64,000 bases of DNA from Octopus bimaculoides (taxonomy: Eukaryota), in NCBI RefSeq assembly GCF_001194135.2, contig NC_068984.1, forward strand, positions 145,475,638-145,539,637, read 5' to 3'. Position numbers and translations under genes: made by a program. Position 1 is the first letter of the stretch, and each line of letters starts with the position of its first letter. This document shows, piece after piece, positions 1 to 14,929 of the stretch. The notes under the pieces were generated by a model. The model saw only the letters and a program-made list of their open reading frames with translations, was not told the origin of the DNA and did not search any database.

Positions 1-2019
1 CAGAAGAAAAACATTAAACAATGTAAAAATATGTAAAAATAAACAAATGATGTTTGCTGCAGCAGACTTTTCACTAATAAATGGTAAGGTTTGAGAGAAA
101 GAAAATGCTTGACTGAACACCATGTTAACTGGTAAGTCATCTTTCTAATGAATCTGGAGACTGTGTTGTCTGTTAATAAGTTATTCGGTAAGGAAAGAAG
201 TTGTTATCAACTAACAAAGATAGAACGATGGAGAGAGGAGGCTGGACAGAGGAGAAGATACAATACTGGGTAGCTACAGAGGGTGGACAGAGGAGAAGAA
301 TACAGTGATTAATATAAGAGGGTAGATAAAGCTAGGTAGGTAGCATGGTAGAAAGCAGACAGAAGTGAGGACACTGTAACAGGCAGCTGGGAAGGAAGAC
401 GTAGGCAGAAATGAAGATATATTGATGGCTGGCTACCCAACAATATATTCTCACCTGTCCACTTCTTCTTCGCTAAGTACCTACTTATCTCTGTTAGTGA
501 ATTACAATTTATTGTCACTTTACAGACAATTATCTGGGTTATGCACCACATTTGACATGTGATTCTTTGACATTAGATTCTCAGATGTACTCGACTTCTG
601 AAAAAAATCTGGTTGTGTCAAATAAACGCAAGGACAGAGTTTAAGTTACTGGCTGGAGGTGATTTCAAAAACGAAGCCTGCCAAAACTGAGTAGCATCTT
701 TTAAGCCCATGCACCTTCATCCATGGATGGTTCAACATGGATGGTTAGAAAGGATCCAATAGCTCCAAGGACAGCATCATGCTCCAGTGTCTGCTTTGGA
801 ATGGTTTCTATGGCTATTGACAGGAGAGTGTACTTCAATAAGGCAATAAAAGGAATAATATGGATCCTCAAAATTGCCATAATTCACTTCACCTGGACTG
901 TTGCATAAAATATTTATCCAGTTAACGATAATTACAAAGTTTCCTTGATTTATTAAAGAAAGTCAAATAATTTTGGTCAATAATTTGAGTGATCGACATT
1001 CTAAATTGTTTTTAATCAATAAATTAGTGAGGCTTAAAAAGTGTTTGAATAGATTGAAAGATTTAATTAAAAGATAAGAATTTGAAATATGAAAAAAAAA
1101 AAAGATAGAAATTAGAGTTAATATTGAATATGTGTTAGTAATATTGGCCTGCCAATTTGTAAGACTGGAATCTCAGGTCTAATGCCAAAGTTTGTTGCAC
1201 ACACATTGGGTTATCTACAGCAAACATGACAGACAATTAGAAAATCGAATTACTTACATTAATTAACAAACGAGAATTCTACGATCTACAGCAGTGGCTG
1301 TTATCTTACTCATGTGTTGTTCGTCTATATTGTTTGAATATATTTATTGTGGTAAGTTCTTAGATTCCTTCAAATGATTTTAGTCACAGGACTGTGGCCA
1401 TGCTGGGGCACCGCCTTCAAGAGTTTCTAGTTAATCACATCTGCTATGATACTGTAACCTTTCACCTGGCACACAGCCACTTCCCTTGATTGTACTCCCT
1501 CTCCTCTGAGAGGTGTTCTTCTCACAGGTTAGTTGGCAACCCCACTAGAGTAGCAGTGTCAGTGCCACATAAAAAGCACCCAGTCCACACTCTGTAAAGT
1601 GGTTGGCGTTAGGAAGGGCATCCAGCCATAGAAACCATGCCAAAGCAGACAATTGGGGCCTGTTGCAGCTCTCCACCTTGCCATATCCTGTCAAACCATG
1701 CCAACATGGAGGACAGCCATTACATGATGATGATGATGATGATGATGATGATAGTGATGATGATGGTGACGATGATGATGATGGTGATATTCTCCCCAGG
1801 ACTTAATCCAGTCTGGTTTTATTTCATCAATATCTGTTTAATGAACGGTGTAGTGTAGGGTGCATGTGGTTTCTTGTGTGTGGAGGTGTGCAAGGGTGAG
1901 AGTGGCATGGAATATTGGACTTAATACTAACCAATAAGGAATAAAAGAGACAGACCTGTACATGGTCCTTTGACCTGCAAGAAATAGCAGCCAAATCTCC
2001 TTTTAATCTCAGTCTAAAA

Positions 2020-2340
2020 TAAAACCCGACACTGTCAGTTACGATGATGAGGGTTCTATTTGATCTGATCAACAGAGCATCCTGCTTGTGAAATTAACAT
2101 GTAAGTGGCTGAGCACTCCACAGACACACTTACTCTTAATGTAGTTCTCGGGAAGATCCAGCATGGCACAGAATGTGACAAGGCTGGCCCTTGAAATACA
2201 GTACAATTTTGCCAGCTGAGTAGACTGGAGCAATGTGAAATAAAGAGACTTGCTCAAGGACACAACATATCTCTGGATATTGAACCCACAATCTTATGAT
2301 CATGAGCTGAATACCCTAAGTCACGTGCCTTCACAATCTC
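2020..2340 (-). mobile_element. SINE (family D)
   Basis: Same body (GAAATTAACATGTAAGTGGCTGAGCACTCCACAGACAC) and decayed tRNA head. Confidence 0.7.
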
Positions 2341-4172
2341 AGTCTACGGTCTTAGAGAAGGAAGCACAAGTCTGGTGAAAGAGGGACAAAGTGCCATAGA
2401 TGAAATGTCTTTGATCAGAGGTCTGCTCAATCAAGGCAGACCCGGGGCTAAATAAACAATAAAGCGAATAACAGTCATAGAAGCAAAACCCGAGGATAGT
2501 AGGATGTGTGCTAGGCACTGCACAGATCCCACTCGGGGTACTCTCAATACAGTAAAATTAAGAATGGTAAAAGAAACCACAGCACAACCCAAGGCACACA
2601 GAGCTGCACTTGGGAGTGCGGGGAAAGCAGGCAAGAAAAATAAGATTAATGAATGACGATGATGATGATGATGATGAGGAGGAGAATGAGGAGGAGGATT
2701 ATCACTTCTTCAGTATTGCTAACATCCTTACCAATGTTGTGGCTGTTTAGTGCCAGGTCAACACCAATTAAGGAAACCTCGAGGTTAATGGTGTTCCGGA
2801 TGTGACCATCCTATTTCTTTTTTTTTTTCCGATACATTCCCCTTAGCCATAGTGTATCTCAGACTACATTATCAAGTCTGTCTTTCCCCACTTCATATTT
2901 CCCTTGCTAGTGACAAAGATGTAGTAGTTATTTCTAGCAGATCGAGCTACCTCACGGAGGCTCCCTCATGGCATCCACAACTTTTTTACCAGTAATATAC
3001 TGTCTGAAACGAATGACTCTTGTACCCGTCTCCCTATTAAAAACAAGTTACGTGACTACAAATGAAATCATCATTATCTTTCTGCACCGTTGTTGGAAGA
3101 AACAACAAGACAGATGTGGCTTACATAATTTCTCATCAGAAGAATGCAGTCTTCATTCCCACACACACCAGGGGAAAATATAGAAACATCATCTTCCCAC
3201 CCACGTCCTCTTCTTTATGGGCCCCTCATCTTCAACAGCTTCTTTCCCAGCAAGCACAGCAGTGATGTAAGAAATATGGTATTTCTTTTAGCTGAAGTCA
3301 AAACAACAATAGACAACAACTACAACAACAATAATTATAATAACAACAATAATAACAGCGTAATTGTGATGGGATTGTCAATGCCGTATCTTAGCGAACA
3401 CAGTCAGGGCTTTCTCACGAAGACAGAAAAAACAAATTAACAGGCATTATAGCAAACACACACACACACCACAGAGAGAGAGAGAGGAAAAAACAAGAGA
3501 AAATTTCAAAACTAATTTTTAAAGACTTAATGTCGGTAAAAATGGCATAAAGCGGAAATATCTAACATTCTTGAAATCATTAAATAATTTCCTTCAATAT
3601 TTCCTGTGTTCTTCCAAAATTAACCGATTTCCTTTTTAGCCATCCTTTCAGTTATAAAGACATCTAAAACTGGCACAGGAAGATCAATTTGAGAGAAAGA
3701 TGGATAGGAGTGGGTGGTGGGTGGTGGGGGGGCACACATAGTCTATTATTAGATCGGCCCAAAGTATATGACTGGTAATTCTGTTATGGAACCTACTGGG
3801 AAGATGAAAGGTAAAAATCTCTCAAACAGGTTTGAACTCAGAATATAAAGAAATGTAATGAAATATTGTGAGGCATTTTATTATTATTGTTATTGTTATT
3901 ATGCTTTGAGTTTGATGGACACTGCTTGGATGACAGTAACATTTGCCTTCAGACAGTTGATTTCTGTACTTATTATCAGTGTATTTTGGTGATTTAAATA
4001 AGAGATTTGACTGTTATTTCCAGCAGGTAGACATACTTAGTAGGTCCTTTGATTAATTTTAATCCTTCAGCTATTTAACGTTTTTTTGTGTTTTTTTTTG
4101 TGAAGGGCCTGCAATTGCCTCTATTATGAATTCTGTTATTATCACAAATTAGTTCTCATGAATTATTTGCTC

Positions 4173-4204
<32 letters not shown>

Positions 4205-4322
4205 CAAATATATACATATATANNNNNNNNNNNNNNNNNNNNNNNNNNNNNNNNNNNNNNNNNNNNNNNNNNNNNNNNNNNNNNNNNNNNNNNNNNNNNN
4301 NNNNNNNNNNNNNNNNNNNNNN

Positions 4323-4360
<38 letters not shown>

Positions 4361-5128
4361 TACACACATAAATATATATACATTTATATATATGCATAAG
4401 TATATATACATACATATATATTATACACACACACAAACGCACACACATATATAAGTAGACACATTTCCATTGAAATGTTGCTATATATTGTCATATATTG
4501 AGTTGAAGTGTACAACCATGACCAACACCACCAAACCCCCCACCACCATCACAGTCGAAACAAGACTATACTGGAGTCTTTAAGTGGTCGTTTGACCTGC
4601 AAGAAATAGCCTAGACCTGCCCTCGAGTCATACCCCAAGTGCCAGCTTAGAGAAGGACTCACTGCATCATATGCACTAGGTTCCCTGCATGAATGAAAAA
4701 GATAGGGTGGTCACAAGCGGAGAGCCGTTTATCATAGGCTGGGGCTTATAAAAAAAAAAGACATTAATAACGAAGCAACCACTATCATCACAATGACACC
4801 AACCAGTGTTAGTAACATCATCATCATCATCATCATCACAGACAATACCGTCTTTAAAAATACTATTGTCACCACCACCACCCCAACCCTTACCATCCAC
4901 TTATTGCCCCTGAAACCATTACCACAGCAAAAGAAAAAATTTAAAAAACTAAAAAGATCACCATCATCATTACAACCAACCACAACAATCAACCACCGCC
5001 ACCTTCGTGTGGGTGAGAGGACACAGTGTAGGATTCAATACAATGTGGGGAAGAGGACATTGTGAAAGAGGGATGTAATGTGATAGTCCTTGTCGCGTGT
5101 GTGCGTATGAGAGAGAAAGAAAGAGTAC

Positions 5129-5166
<38 letters not shown>

Positions 5167-5414
5167 ATGTATGTGTGTGGATGCATGTGTGTAAGTGTAT
5201 GAAGAAAACATGGTTGACTAAATTATCGCTGACAGAGACAGGAACAGTCACAAAAAGACAAAGAGAGAGAGAGAGGGAGACAGAGAGGGAGAGTAAGAAA
5301 TTAGAGACAGACAGACAGACAGGCAAGTTGGCAGAGAGAGAGAGAGAGAGATCAAACAGAACTAGTAAAACATGTACTTATTGGCTTGCATTTCACACTA
5401 AAGTGTGTGTGTGT

Positions 5415-5453
<39 letters not shown>

Positions 5454-5927
5454 GTGCCTCTAGTGGCCCGGGAGGGGGGGGTTATGACTGTATCTCCATC
5501 TCTCCCCCCCTCCCTCACACCTTGCAGTGTTGTATTGTTGTTGTAGTTGTTGTTATTTAGATCAAACAATGGCAAAGTGGTGGTGGTGGTAAAATTAATT
5601 AATAATGTGGAACAAGAATAAGGGCCAAGTTAAGTGATGATGATGATGGTGGTGGTGGTAATGATGATGACTAAAACAATATCAAGGCCAATGACCTAAT
5701 GAACAGGCCTCCACGTCATTTCCCCTGACCTCTAAGACATAGCAGCTAAATCTTTCTCAAATTTCATACACATTGAATCAGAAATAAGGATTGTCGAGGC
5801 TAGAATCTCTTTAATACTTTTCTTCCTAGGGAGGGTCTACTTGATTAGGACCTAATTTGGTGCCTAAAGTGTATCAAGGCCTTCCATGAGAATCTGTCAA
5901 AGATCTTGACTTCTTTTCTTTTTCACA

Positions 5928-6340
5928 GAATGGCTGTGTGGTTAAGAAACCTGCTTTGCACCCAAGTGGTTTCAGGTTCAGTCCCATTGCACAGCACCTT
6001 TGACAAGTGTCATCTATAACAGTCCAGGACTGACCCGTGCCATGTGAGTGAATTTGGTTGGTGGAAACTGTGTGGAAACCCATATGATCTGACCAGATCC
6101 AATGAGTCCAAGGACTGCATTGTAGGGATGCGACTGTGTATATGTGTCTCTTTGCATTTGTATTTATCTCCTGCCACCACTGAACACCTGGTGTTGGTTT
6201 ATTTACACCCTTTTATACTTGGTTGTTCAATGAAAGAGATCAACAGAATAAGTACAAGGCTTAAAGAAAATTAGTGTCGGAAACCCTTCAAAACGATGCC
6301 CCAGTATAGTCGCAGTCTAATGACTGAAACAGGTATAAGA
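5928..6340 (+). mobile_element. tRNA-derived SINE (family A)
   Basis: Head GGCTGTGTGGTTAAGAA...GGTTCAGTCCCA, tail TAATGACTGAAACA. Confidence 0.7.
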
Positions 6341-7317
6341 TACAAGACTAATCCAAAAAGTCAAGTGTCAGACTAAAAAAGATAATGAATACAGAATTAA
6401 TTCTGGGTGTATTTAAAAATGTCTAGAGGTTATGGGCTTGACCTTATGAATTACATTTACCAAATACACACACAATGGTAGATAAACAATTGTTTACAAA
6501 AAAAAACTTAAAAGCTGAGGGTGAAATTTATTCCATGGCCACTAAAGCGAATGAATCACAGACTGTCTGAGGTGAAATATATAGAACAAACATCATAATG
6601 GAAGCAAATAAGAAAGACATGATTATTGTCTTGTAAAAATAATACATTTTAGGGGGGAAAATAAAGCAGAAACACAGACACAATGTGTTAAAAATGAGTT
6701 AGAACTGGAAGAATGGCAGTTGGAATTGAAAAATAAATAAAGCAAACAAATAAACGACATCTAAATAAAATAGGAAAATGGAATAAAATGGAATGGTAGC
6801 AGCTACAAAAAAGCATCTGTTTATGATGTTATAAGAATTATTCAAATTCAGATTTAAAATAGTTATTTTTTCTTTTTCTTCTTTTCATAAAAATAAACTT
6901 TCTCATTTCCAACCGACTAATGGAATTATGGAAACTAAGGGCCATAAACATAAATCTGGATATTTATAAGACCTTCTCTTAAATGGCTAAATGTGCACAG
7001 GTTTGGCTGTGTGGTTTGGAAGCTCATTTTGCAAACATGTGGCTTCAGGTTCAGCCCCACTGCATGGCACATTGGGAAGGGCCTTCTACTATAACGCTGG
7101 ACCGACCAATGCCTTGTGAACAAATCTGGTAGGTAGAAACTGTATGGAAGCCTGCCAAGCCTGTCAGTGATCGTACCACTTAAAAAGCAACCAACACGCT
7201 CTATTAAGTGGTTGGCATTAGGAAGGACATCTAGCTGTACAAAAGAGACAATGGAACTTCAAAGTCACTATGACTACTATTCTTGTAAATGTATTGCAAA
7301 TTTACAATATATATATA

Positions 7318-8149
7318 CTGGGTCATCCCATAAATAATGTGTTTTTTTTCAATTGCACGAATTAAAAGTCAGGGGGGGACAGGATAAACTACTTGCATCA
7401 ATTTGCTATAAAAGCAGGTAGTAATTTTACATTATACTTATTCTTAGTGCATGTTTTGAAGAGTGCAGTTTCATTTTAACAGTTATTTTTTCAAAGCTAT
7501 AATAGAAGTGACAAAGGAGCATATTCGGCATATTTTGCTTTATGAGTTCAATAAAGTCAACAACGCAATGGAAAGTGCGAAGATTATTAATGCAGTATAT
7601 GGGAATTAGACAATAGGCATAAACCAGTGTCAACGATGGTTCCAGAAATTCTGATCTGGAAACTACAGCCAAGAGGATGAGCCTCATCCTGGAAGATCAG
7701 TAGAGTTTGACGAGGACATCCTACAAACCCTGGTGGAAGAAAATCTCATTGTAACTGTTGAGGGACTAGCAGAGAAGCTTGGATTTGGTCATTCAACCAT
7801 TCATCGACACTTGTGTGCCATTGGAAAAGTCACCAATCTGTGTCAATGAGTTCCTCACAAACTTTTCGGGTCTAATCATGGCAGAGAGTGAATGTGTGCT
7901 CTTCTTTGCTGTCACGTCTCACAAATGAACCTTTTTGTGGACCGAATAGTGACTGGTAACGAGAAATGGGTTCTCTATAAAAATGTCAAGTGCTGAAGAC
8001 AGTAGGTAGGGAAAGGAGAAACACTGGCACCCCAGGTTAAAGAAGGTCTTCACCCACGTATGGTGTTGTTATCTGTTTGGTGGGATATGAAAGGTTTAGT
8101 CCACTTTGAACTTTTAAGCCCAAATCAAATAATAACAAAGGAGATCTAC

Positions 8150-8150
<1 letters not shown>
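7318..8150 (+). mobile_element. Decayed mariner (Mos1/SETMAR-like) transposase with left end
   Basis: From 7502: IEVTKEHIRHILLYEFNK...RWFQKF*SGNYSQEDEPHPGRSVEFDEDILQTLVEEN...IVTGNEKWVLYKN...GLHPRMVLLSVWWDMKGLVHFELL, with stops and frameshifts. TA followed by CTGGGTCATCCCATAAATAATG at 7316 resembles a terminal inverted repeat. The 3' part is lost at the microsatellite. Confidence 0.9.
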
Positions 8151-8202
<52 letters not shown>

Positions 8203-8909
8203 GCTCACATAAGTATATATATACAATCATAAATATAGATAAACATGCACACATCAATAAAGATATATACAAAAATACATTAAAACTGCTTTTCTTTTTG
8301 ATCCCTCAAGTTCTTATAGGGGCTGTAGAAGCATAAACATGACATACAGTGTGCCTTGAGCATTTGTGAACCCTTCCAACNNNNNNNNNNNNNNNNACAC
8401 ACACACACACACGATGGTGCACTAAGTTCCCGTCAGACATGTTGACTTAAGTAACATTTAAAGTCAACTTGTCAAATTCGGTGTCTTCATGTTCTCTTAA
8501 TCCTGAGTTAATCCAAGAAAAGCAGCTGAGACAACAAAATATATTGGCTCAGGGAGAATATAACCAGATTATCTCAATATATCAGGTAGGCTATATGAAT
8601 GATAATACAGGATCCTGAATGAATTGTAATTAAACTTGATACTGTCACAGAATTAGAATTTATGGAAGTTTCTCTATGAAAGTTGCATTAGGAAAAGCTG
8701 AGAAATGTGAGTTTCGAAGCTAAAAACTAATGTGAATTGCTTATAAACGTCATTGGAGATCAGGTTTTGTATCAATCATTTAGATCTAGATGTATGAAGA
8801 AGCAAATCTCTGTCACATGTCTGGCGGAGAGACTAAGAGAGAGTGTCTGCAAGGGTGGGGTTTGTAAATAGATCATCTAAATTTATATACACACACATAT
8901 ATATATATA

Positions 8910-8946
<37 letters not shown>

Positions 8947-9026
8947 TTATATATACACACACACATAAATACATGTACATACATATGTATACACAAATAT
9001 ACATAGATGTGCATAGATTTGTATAC

Positions 9027-9063
<37 letters not shown>

Positions 9064-9627
9064 CCAACCCATATATATAGTCCAACCCATGGAAAGTGGA
9101 CGTTAAACGATGATGATGATATATATATATGCATAGATTTGTATACACAAATATATATATATATATATATATACATACATATAATTACACACACACACAC
9201 ACCTAAACATATATATGTATACATAAAATACTTATATAAATATACATACAACCATAAACATACAAATACATACACAGGTGTGGAGTTTTGCAAACACACA
9301 CACACATACACACACAACATACACACATACATACATGCATATTGACAGTTTGACTCGAATTGTCCATCTATTCACACACACACACACTTATATACATACA
9401 CAGAGTGAGATTGTGTATATAAGAATATTTATATGCGTGTGTATATGTTTATATTTTTTTGGCAAGTATATATTTTCCTTCAATCCTGAAAAACATCCAA
9501 CAAAACAAATGTCAGTGTTTATGTGTATCTAAGCATGTTTGCAGTTATATGCACACACACAAACACATGCATGCAGACACACACACACATGCATGCACAC
9601 GCAGACATACACACACATCTTTCATGT

Positions 9628-10095
9628 TTTCCTTGTTTCAGTCATTGGACTGTGGCCATGTTGGGGCACTGCCTCGAAGAAGTGGTGTTAGTCGAATGAA
9701 TCAACCCCAGGACTTTCTTTTTTAAGCCTGGTACTTATTCTATCAGTCTCTTTTGCTGAACTGCTAGATTACAGGGATGTAAACACACCAACACCGGTTG
9801 TCAAGCAGTGGTGGAGGACAAACACAGGCACAAAGACACACACGTGTGTGTGTATGTGTGTGTGTGTGTGTGTATGTGTGTGTGTGTGTATGTGTGTGTG
9901 TGTGTGTATGTGTGTGTGTATGTGTGTGTGTGTGAGACGTGCTTCTTGTTTCAGTTTCCGTCTACTAAATCCTCTGAAACAGCTTTGGTCGGTCTGAGAC
10001 TACAGCAGAAGACACTTGCCCAAGATGCCGCACAGTGGGACTGAACTCAGAACCATGTGGTAGGGAAGCAAACTTCTTACCACACAGCCATGCCT
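9628..10095 (-). mobile_element. tRNA-derived SINE (family A) with internal (TG/CA)n
   Basis: Reverse complement of the family A head, microsatellite and GATAGAATAAGTACCAGGC...ATGACTGAAACAAG tail. Confidence 0.8.
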
Positions 10096-12139
10096 TGTGC
10101 CTATAGCCACACCTATATATCTCAGACAGACTGAAATGATTAAGATAGTGTTCAGGACACAACATATGAAGCCACAGAATGGTGGCTAGATACGTCCATG
10201 TGTTGCCAAATGACTAGTGCTGTTGTTGGTTAACTCCACATTGACCTTGAGTGAGCAGTCTATGATTAAAGACATTCTATACATGACCAACTAGTCTTAA
10301 TCTGTTCAGGTGTATCTAGGACAGCTAAAATTTCTTTCCCTTACTCCGCTCCCCTCGAAATTACTGGCCTTGGGCTGAAATTGGAAAGAATAGATTACAA
10401 AAAGGCAGTGAGCTGGCAGAATCGGTAGTGTGTCAAACAAAATGCTTAGTGACCTTCCTGAGTTCAAATTCTGCTAAGGTCAACTCTGCCTTTCATTCCT
10501 GCAGGGTTAATAAACTAGAATATAAGCCAAGTACTAGGGTTGATACAAGGTACTTGCCCCTCCCCTCAAAACTGTTGGTGTTATGCCTAAAACAGAAATA
10601 ACATTACTTGAAGGAAAAATAAAATTTGTTGCTATTTCTAGCAGATCAAACAACACCAAATGCCTTGTTATGTACAGGTTAGAATTGTAGAATGTAAAAG
10701 CAGGTACCAATGTATATATATATATATATATAACCTTTACTGCAAGACAAAGAATGTTTGTATACATACATGGAACAAAATGAACCACTGTGCATGATGT
10801 TGTTGTTGTTGTTGCTGTTGTATAGATTTGGGTCAAGTCTGATGAAGCATTCTTATGGCACTGAGATAATCATGTGAACAATTCAATGTCTCCTCTCCAC
10901 CCCCAGACCAGCTCAGCCATGGCACCACCAGGATGACAGCAATACTGCACACGGCACCATACGTAGGTGCAGACATGACAATGCAGTGAAGAATTTCACT
11001 TTGAAACAACATAGCTTCAGGTTTAGGCTAACCCTGCAGGGAAACTGAAAGATCCCCCAGGGTGTGTGTGTGCGTGCATGAGTATGTTTGTATGTGTGTG
11101 TCCTTTGCCATGAAAAAAGCACCTGTGTTGGTCCTAGATAGAAAAGCACATGTGCTGGTGCCACATAAAACGCATTCATGCTGGTGCCACGTAGAAGGTT
11201 CCTGTGCTAGTGGCACGCAAAAGACACAGAAAAAACACTGGTCCTGGTGCCACATAAAAAGCACCCAGTGCCACTCTGTAAAGTGGTTGGCGTTAGAAAG
11301 GGCATCAAGCTGTAGAAACCATGCCAAGACAAACAATTGGAACCTGGTGCAGCTCTCCAGCTGGCCGCCTCCTCTCAAACCATCCAACCCATGCCAGCAT
11401 GGGAAACAGAAGTCAAACAATGATGATGATGATGATGATGATGATGACCCTGATTTTTAAACAAACGTCACTGTAATATAAGTGAAGTTATTGTCTCCAA
11501 GATTCTAGAGAAAAATTGTCTCCAAGATTCTAGAGAAAAATCATCAAGATCTGCTGCTGTGCTTTTAGTTTACATAACTGCTGCTGCTGCTGACACAGTT
11601 TTTTTGTTGCCACTAAAGCTCCTGCTGATTATTTTATTATTGTTGTTACTTTATTGTTGTTATTGGAGTTGTCACAGTCCATGTTGATGTCAGTGATTCT
11701 GTTGCTGCCATCATCATCATCATCATCATCATTTGTTGCTGTTGTTTTTAGATTCGTTGCTACTTCTGGTGGGAGTTGCTCGCTGCCTCACACTGAAGAC
11801 TTTGCTGGTGGATTACTGCAGCAAATGTCATCTAAGCCTGAGGCAGAAGAAGGAGGAGAAGCAGAGTCGTTCTCTCCTAAGCCCACTCCTCCATTTCAAC
11901 ATGTGCTGGCCATCTTGTGGGAAAATAGTGGTTAGAAAATATATATCTGAAAATGCTATGGAATGGATGTTTATTTCTCCTATTTCTTTTATGTGATTCA
12001 GCCATGTGGCTGCAGTCATGCTGGAGCACCAATGTAACTTTGTACCCTTTCCACAGCCCTCTTTTGTGTGGTGGGATTTCATACCACCACTCTTGTGTGT
12101 GCCTTTTTATCCTGGTTTATATCTGGTATTTGAGGGAGT

Positions 12140-12930
12140 TTGAAATTGCTGCCCTTATTTGAACTTCATGTTGGGATGTTGGTGCATCTGGTATCATGGT
12201 TAGGAAAATGTCCAGTTCCTTTCTGAAGACATCCACATCCACATTGTGTAGGCTTCTTAATTCTTTCAACAGGACATTGAAGAGCTATGGGGCTTCGAGC
12301 CCCAAGCTATTGCAGTACCAGGTCCCCACTTTAGATGAAGTGGACAGTAACTTTGGTTCTATGCAATGGCATCCAGTATGTTCACTTGTATGACTCTTGA
12401 ACACAAAGTTAGATATTAGCCCCCTCCACAATTTTCCACATGTAAATTATTCCATATCTCTTGTGTTTTCATTCCAGGGAGCAAAGCGATAGTTTTTTCA
12501 GCTTTTTCCAGTAGTTCATCTGCTGCACTCTGGCAATCTTTTTAGTAAAATAGCAATGAATTTCTTCAAGTCCTGCTGTTAATTTGACACTATGTGGTGG
12601 CCACAGCTGAGAGCGATAGTCCAGGCAGTTGACAACAAAGGTCTCCCACACGACTGACATGACTTCTTGGTCTCTTGTCCTGAAGGACCTCAATATTCAT
12701 CCTTCTAACTGTCTACACTTTGATGCCATTTTGGTAATAGGCACATGAAATGATGCATCATTACACATACTGATCCCCAAGTCTCTCATTGTCCGTGACT
12801 CTGGGATTGCAGTACTTTTGCATTGTGTAATTGCAACCTGGGGTGCATTTGTAAGCTGAGAGCACAGTTTGAAACCTCAGATCTCCATCTCATAAGGATT
12901 TTCCCAACCCTGAGATTCTTATTTTTGGCT
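12140..12930 (-). mobile_element. CR1/L2-type LINE 3' remnant (RT C-terminal region)
   Basis: Minus-strand peptides MRDLGISMCNDASFHV, ILRSFRTRDQEVMSVVWETFVVNCLDYRSQLWPPHSVKL and LFNVLLKELRSLHNVDVDVFRKELDIFLTMIPD; disrupted by stops. Confidence 0.85.
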
Positions 12931-14929
12931 ATGCTGGCCTTTTTTCTGGAACATATTTAGCGCATATAGCTGGCACTGTCAACATAAATTTGTGGGGAGA
13001 GGTTAGTCAATTACATCAGCCCCCCCCCCAGTAATTGTGGGGAGGAGTTAGTCAATGATATCAACCCCCAGTACTTGTGGGGAGGGATTAGCCAATGATA
13101 GCAACCCTCCCCCCCAGTACTTGACTGGTGCATTTAAACTCAGAATGAAAAGTCTAAAGAAATGACACAAAGCATTTTGTTCAGGATGTTAATAATAATA
13201 ATAACAATAATAATAATATGTCATGATATTAAATGATATCTAATTGTTTTTAGATTTGATAACGATTTGAGTTCAAAAAAAAAAAACAGCCTCAAGTATG
13301 ACCTCATATTTAAAAAGCATTATTCTGCTGTCTCACAGGTTTATTTTCGTTAGAAGAAGAAACCAAAATCTTTCTTTCACAATAATAATGAGAAGAAAGA
13401 TTCTCTTCTGCTAATTTCACTGCCCCTACCCCCACCCCCACTGAAGAACTGTTGCAATGTCAGGTTGTATTTCTTTATTTCATTAAGAAGAGTTAATTAT
13501 CAAACAAAAATCTGTTAAAAAAATTTCACAATTCTTTTACATCCAATCTTCAAAGATAAAAATGATACGGTGGAACAAAGACCATGTTTGATTCTTTATA
13601 TTGATGGCGACTTTAGAATAATAAGTAATTACCAATGTCTTGGAGATATCTCATTATCTGATTAAAATATCCAAATTTCCTTGAGAATTAACGTTTGAAA
13701 AATATAAAACAAAATTTTTTATTTTATTGAAAGAAAATAACCAAAATATTAATTGTAAACATGTGAAAAACATGTTCTTTGAGAGAAATTATATGTTTGT
13801 TGAAATCTTAAACTCAGCAAAATCATTAAAGAACATTATTTATTTGCTAATCATTGCCTTTAAAGTTCTTTTACGTTGTCCGTATTTTTCTCTCTGCAAT
13901 TTCACAGCAGTTTCCATTCTCCAGTTCACTTCACATTCTGCTTTTTCCTTTTTGCACAATCATTAACTGACATTTCTCTCATCAGAAATTTGTCTATTTT
14001 TGTCTCCTCCTCCTCCTCCTCCTCCCCACCTTCTCCGAGAACCCAGAGTGGGCCATATTTCATTGTTTAATCAAATCTCTATCACCGTTCAGTGTTCTTA
14101 CATGTACTCTCTCATGCTGTCGTGGTTCCTATGCATGTTATTGCTTCAGAAATCAATATTCAGCTTGAAAATACAAATAAAACAAAAAACCCCTTCTTTC
14201 ACAGATCGGTCGTGTTTGTGTTTTCTCCTCCATTTTACTTCCAAAATGATTGTTGTGTTGGCATCTGTTTCATTGAAAAATATACATAGATAAAACTGAA
14301 CTATAAGCTAAGCTGTAATTTTGAAAAATTATCCAAACACTCAGCCACTTTGATAAATACTGCTGCTACCTCTGCTGCTGCTGCTGCTGCCACTACTACT
14401 ACTACTACTACAAATCTGGTCTTTGCAAACAGTTTCCACTGAACATTGTTCTCTGTCTCCTTTTCTTTTCTTTTCTTCTTTCACCTTATATCAAACTACA
14501 GAGTTTATCTTGATATTTTTTTCACCACCAATTACTGCCTAACCCCTTGTAGATACACTGACTTCACAGAACCAGAATAAAAGTAATGCCGAAATTGGTA
14601 GCACAGCAGACAAGACTGTGTGAAGGCACTTGGTTTAATGGATACGGTTTTGCACTTACAGTTGTATGGTTATAGGTTTGATTCTCAGACTGAGCAGCAT
14701 GTCGTGTTCTTGAACAAAACATTCCATTTCATGCGGTCCCAGTCCACTCAGCTGTAAATGAACACCAACAATAGCTGGGGAGCTAATTTTATGAGTGACC
14801 AGCAACTTATTCAGGTGGGGAGTGATGTAATCTCAGTCACTGACATGCCATTGCAACAGGTCTAAACTCTGGTCTTATGAGTCCAAAGGGCTTGTGGCAG
14901 CCCTAAGCAAACTAACTTGGGGCCAGTAG

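Noticed and set aside
309-620. Possible RTE-type LINE remnant (SRYLAKKKWTG)
   Set aside because: Resemblance limited to a few residues; insufficient to call.
11491-11541. Tandem duplication TTGTCTCCAAGATTCTAGAGAAAAA x2
   Set aside because: Simple slippage duplication with no further structure.
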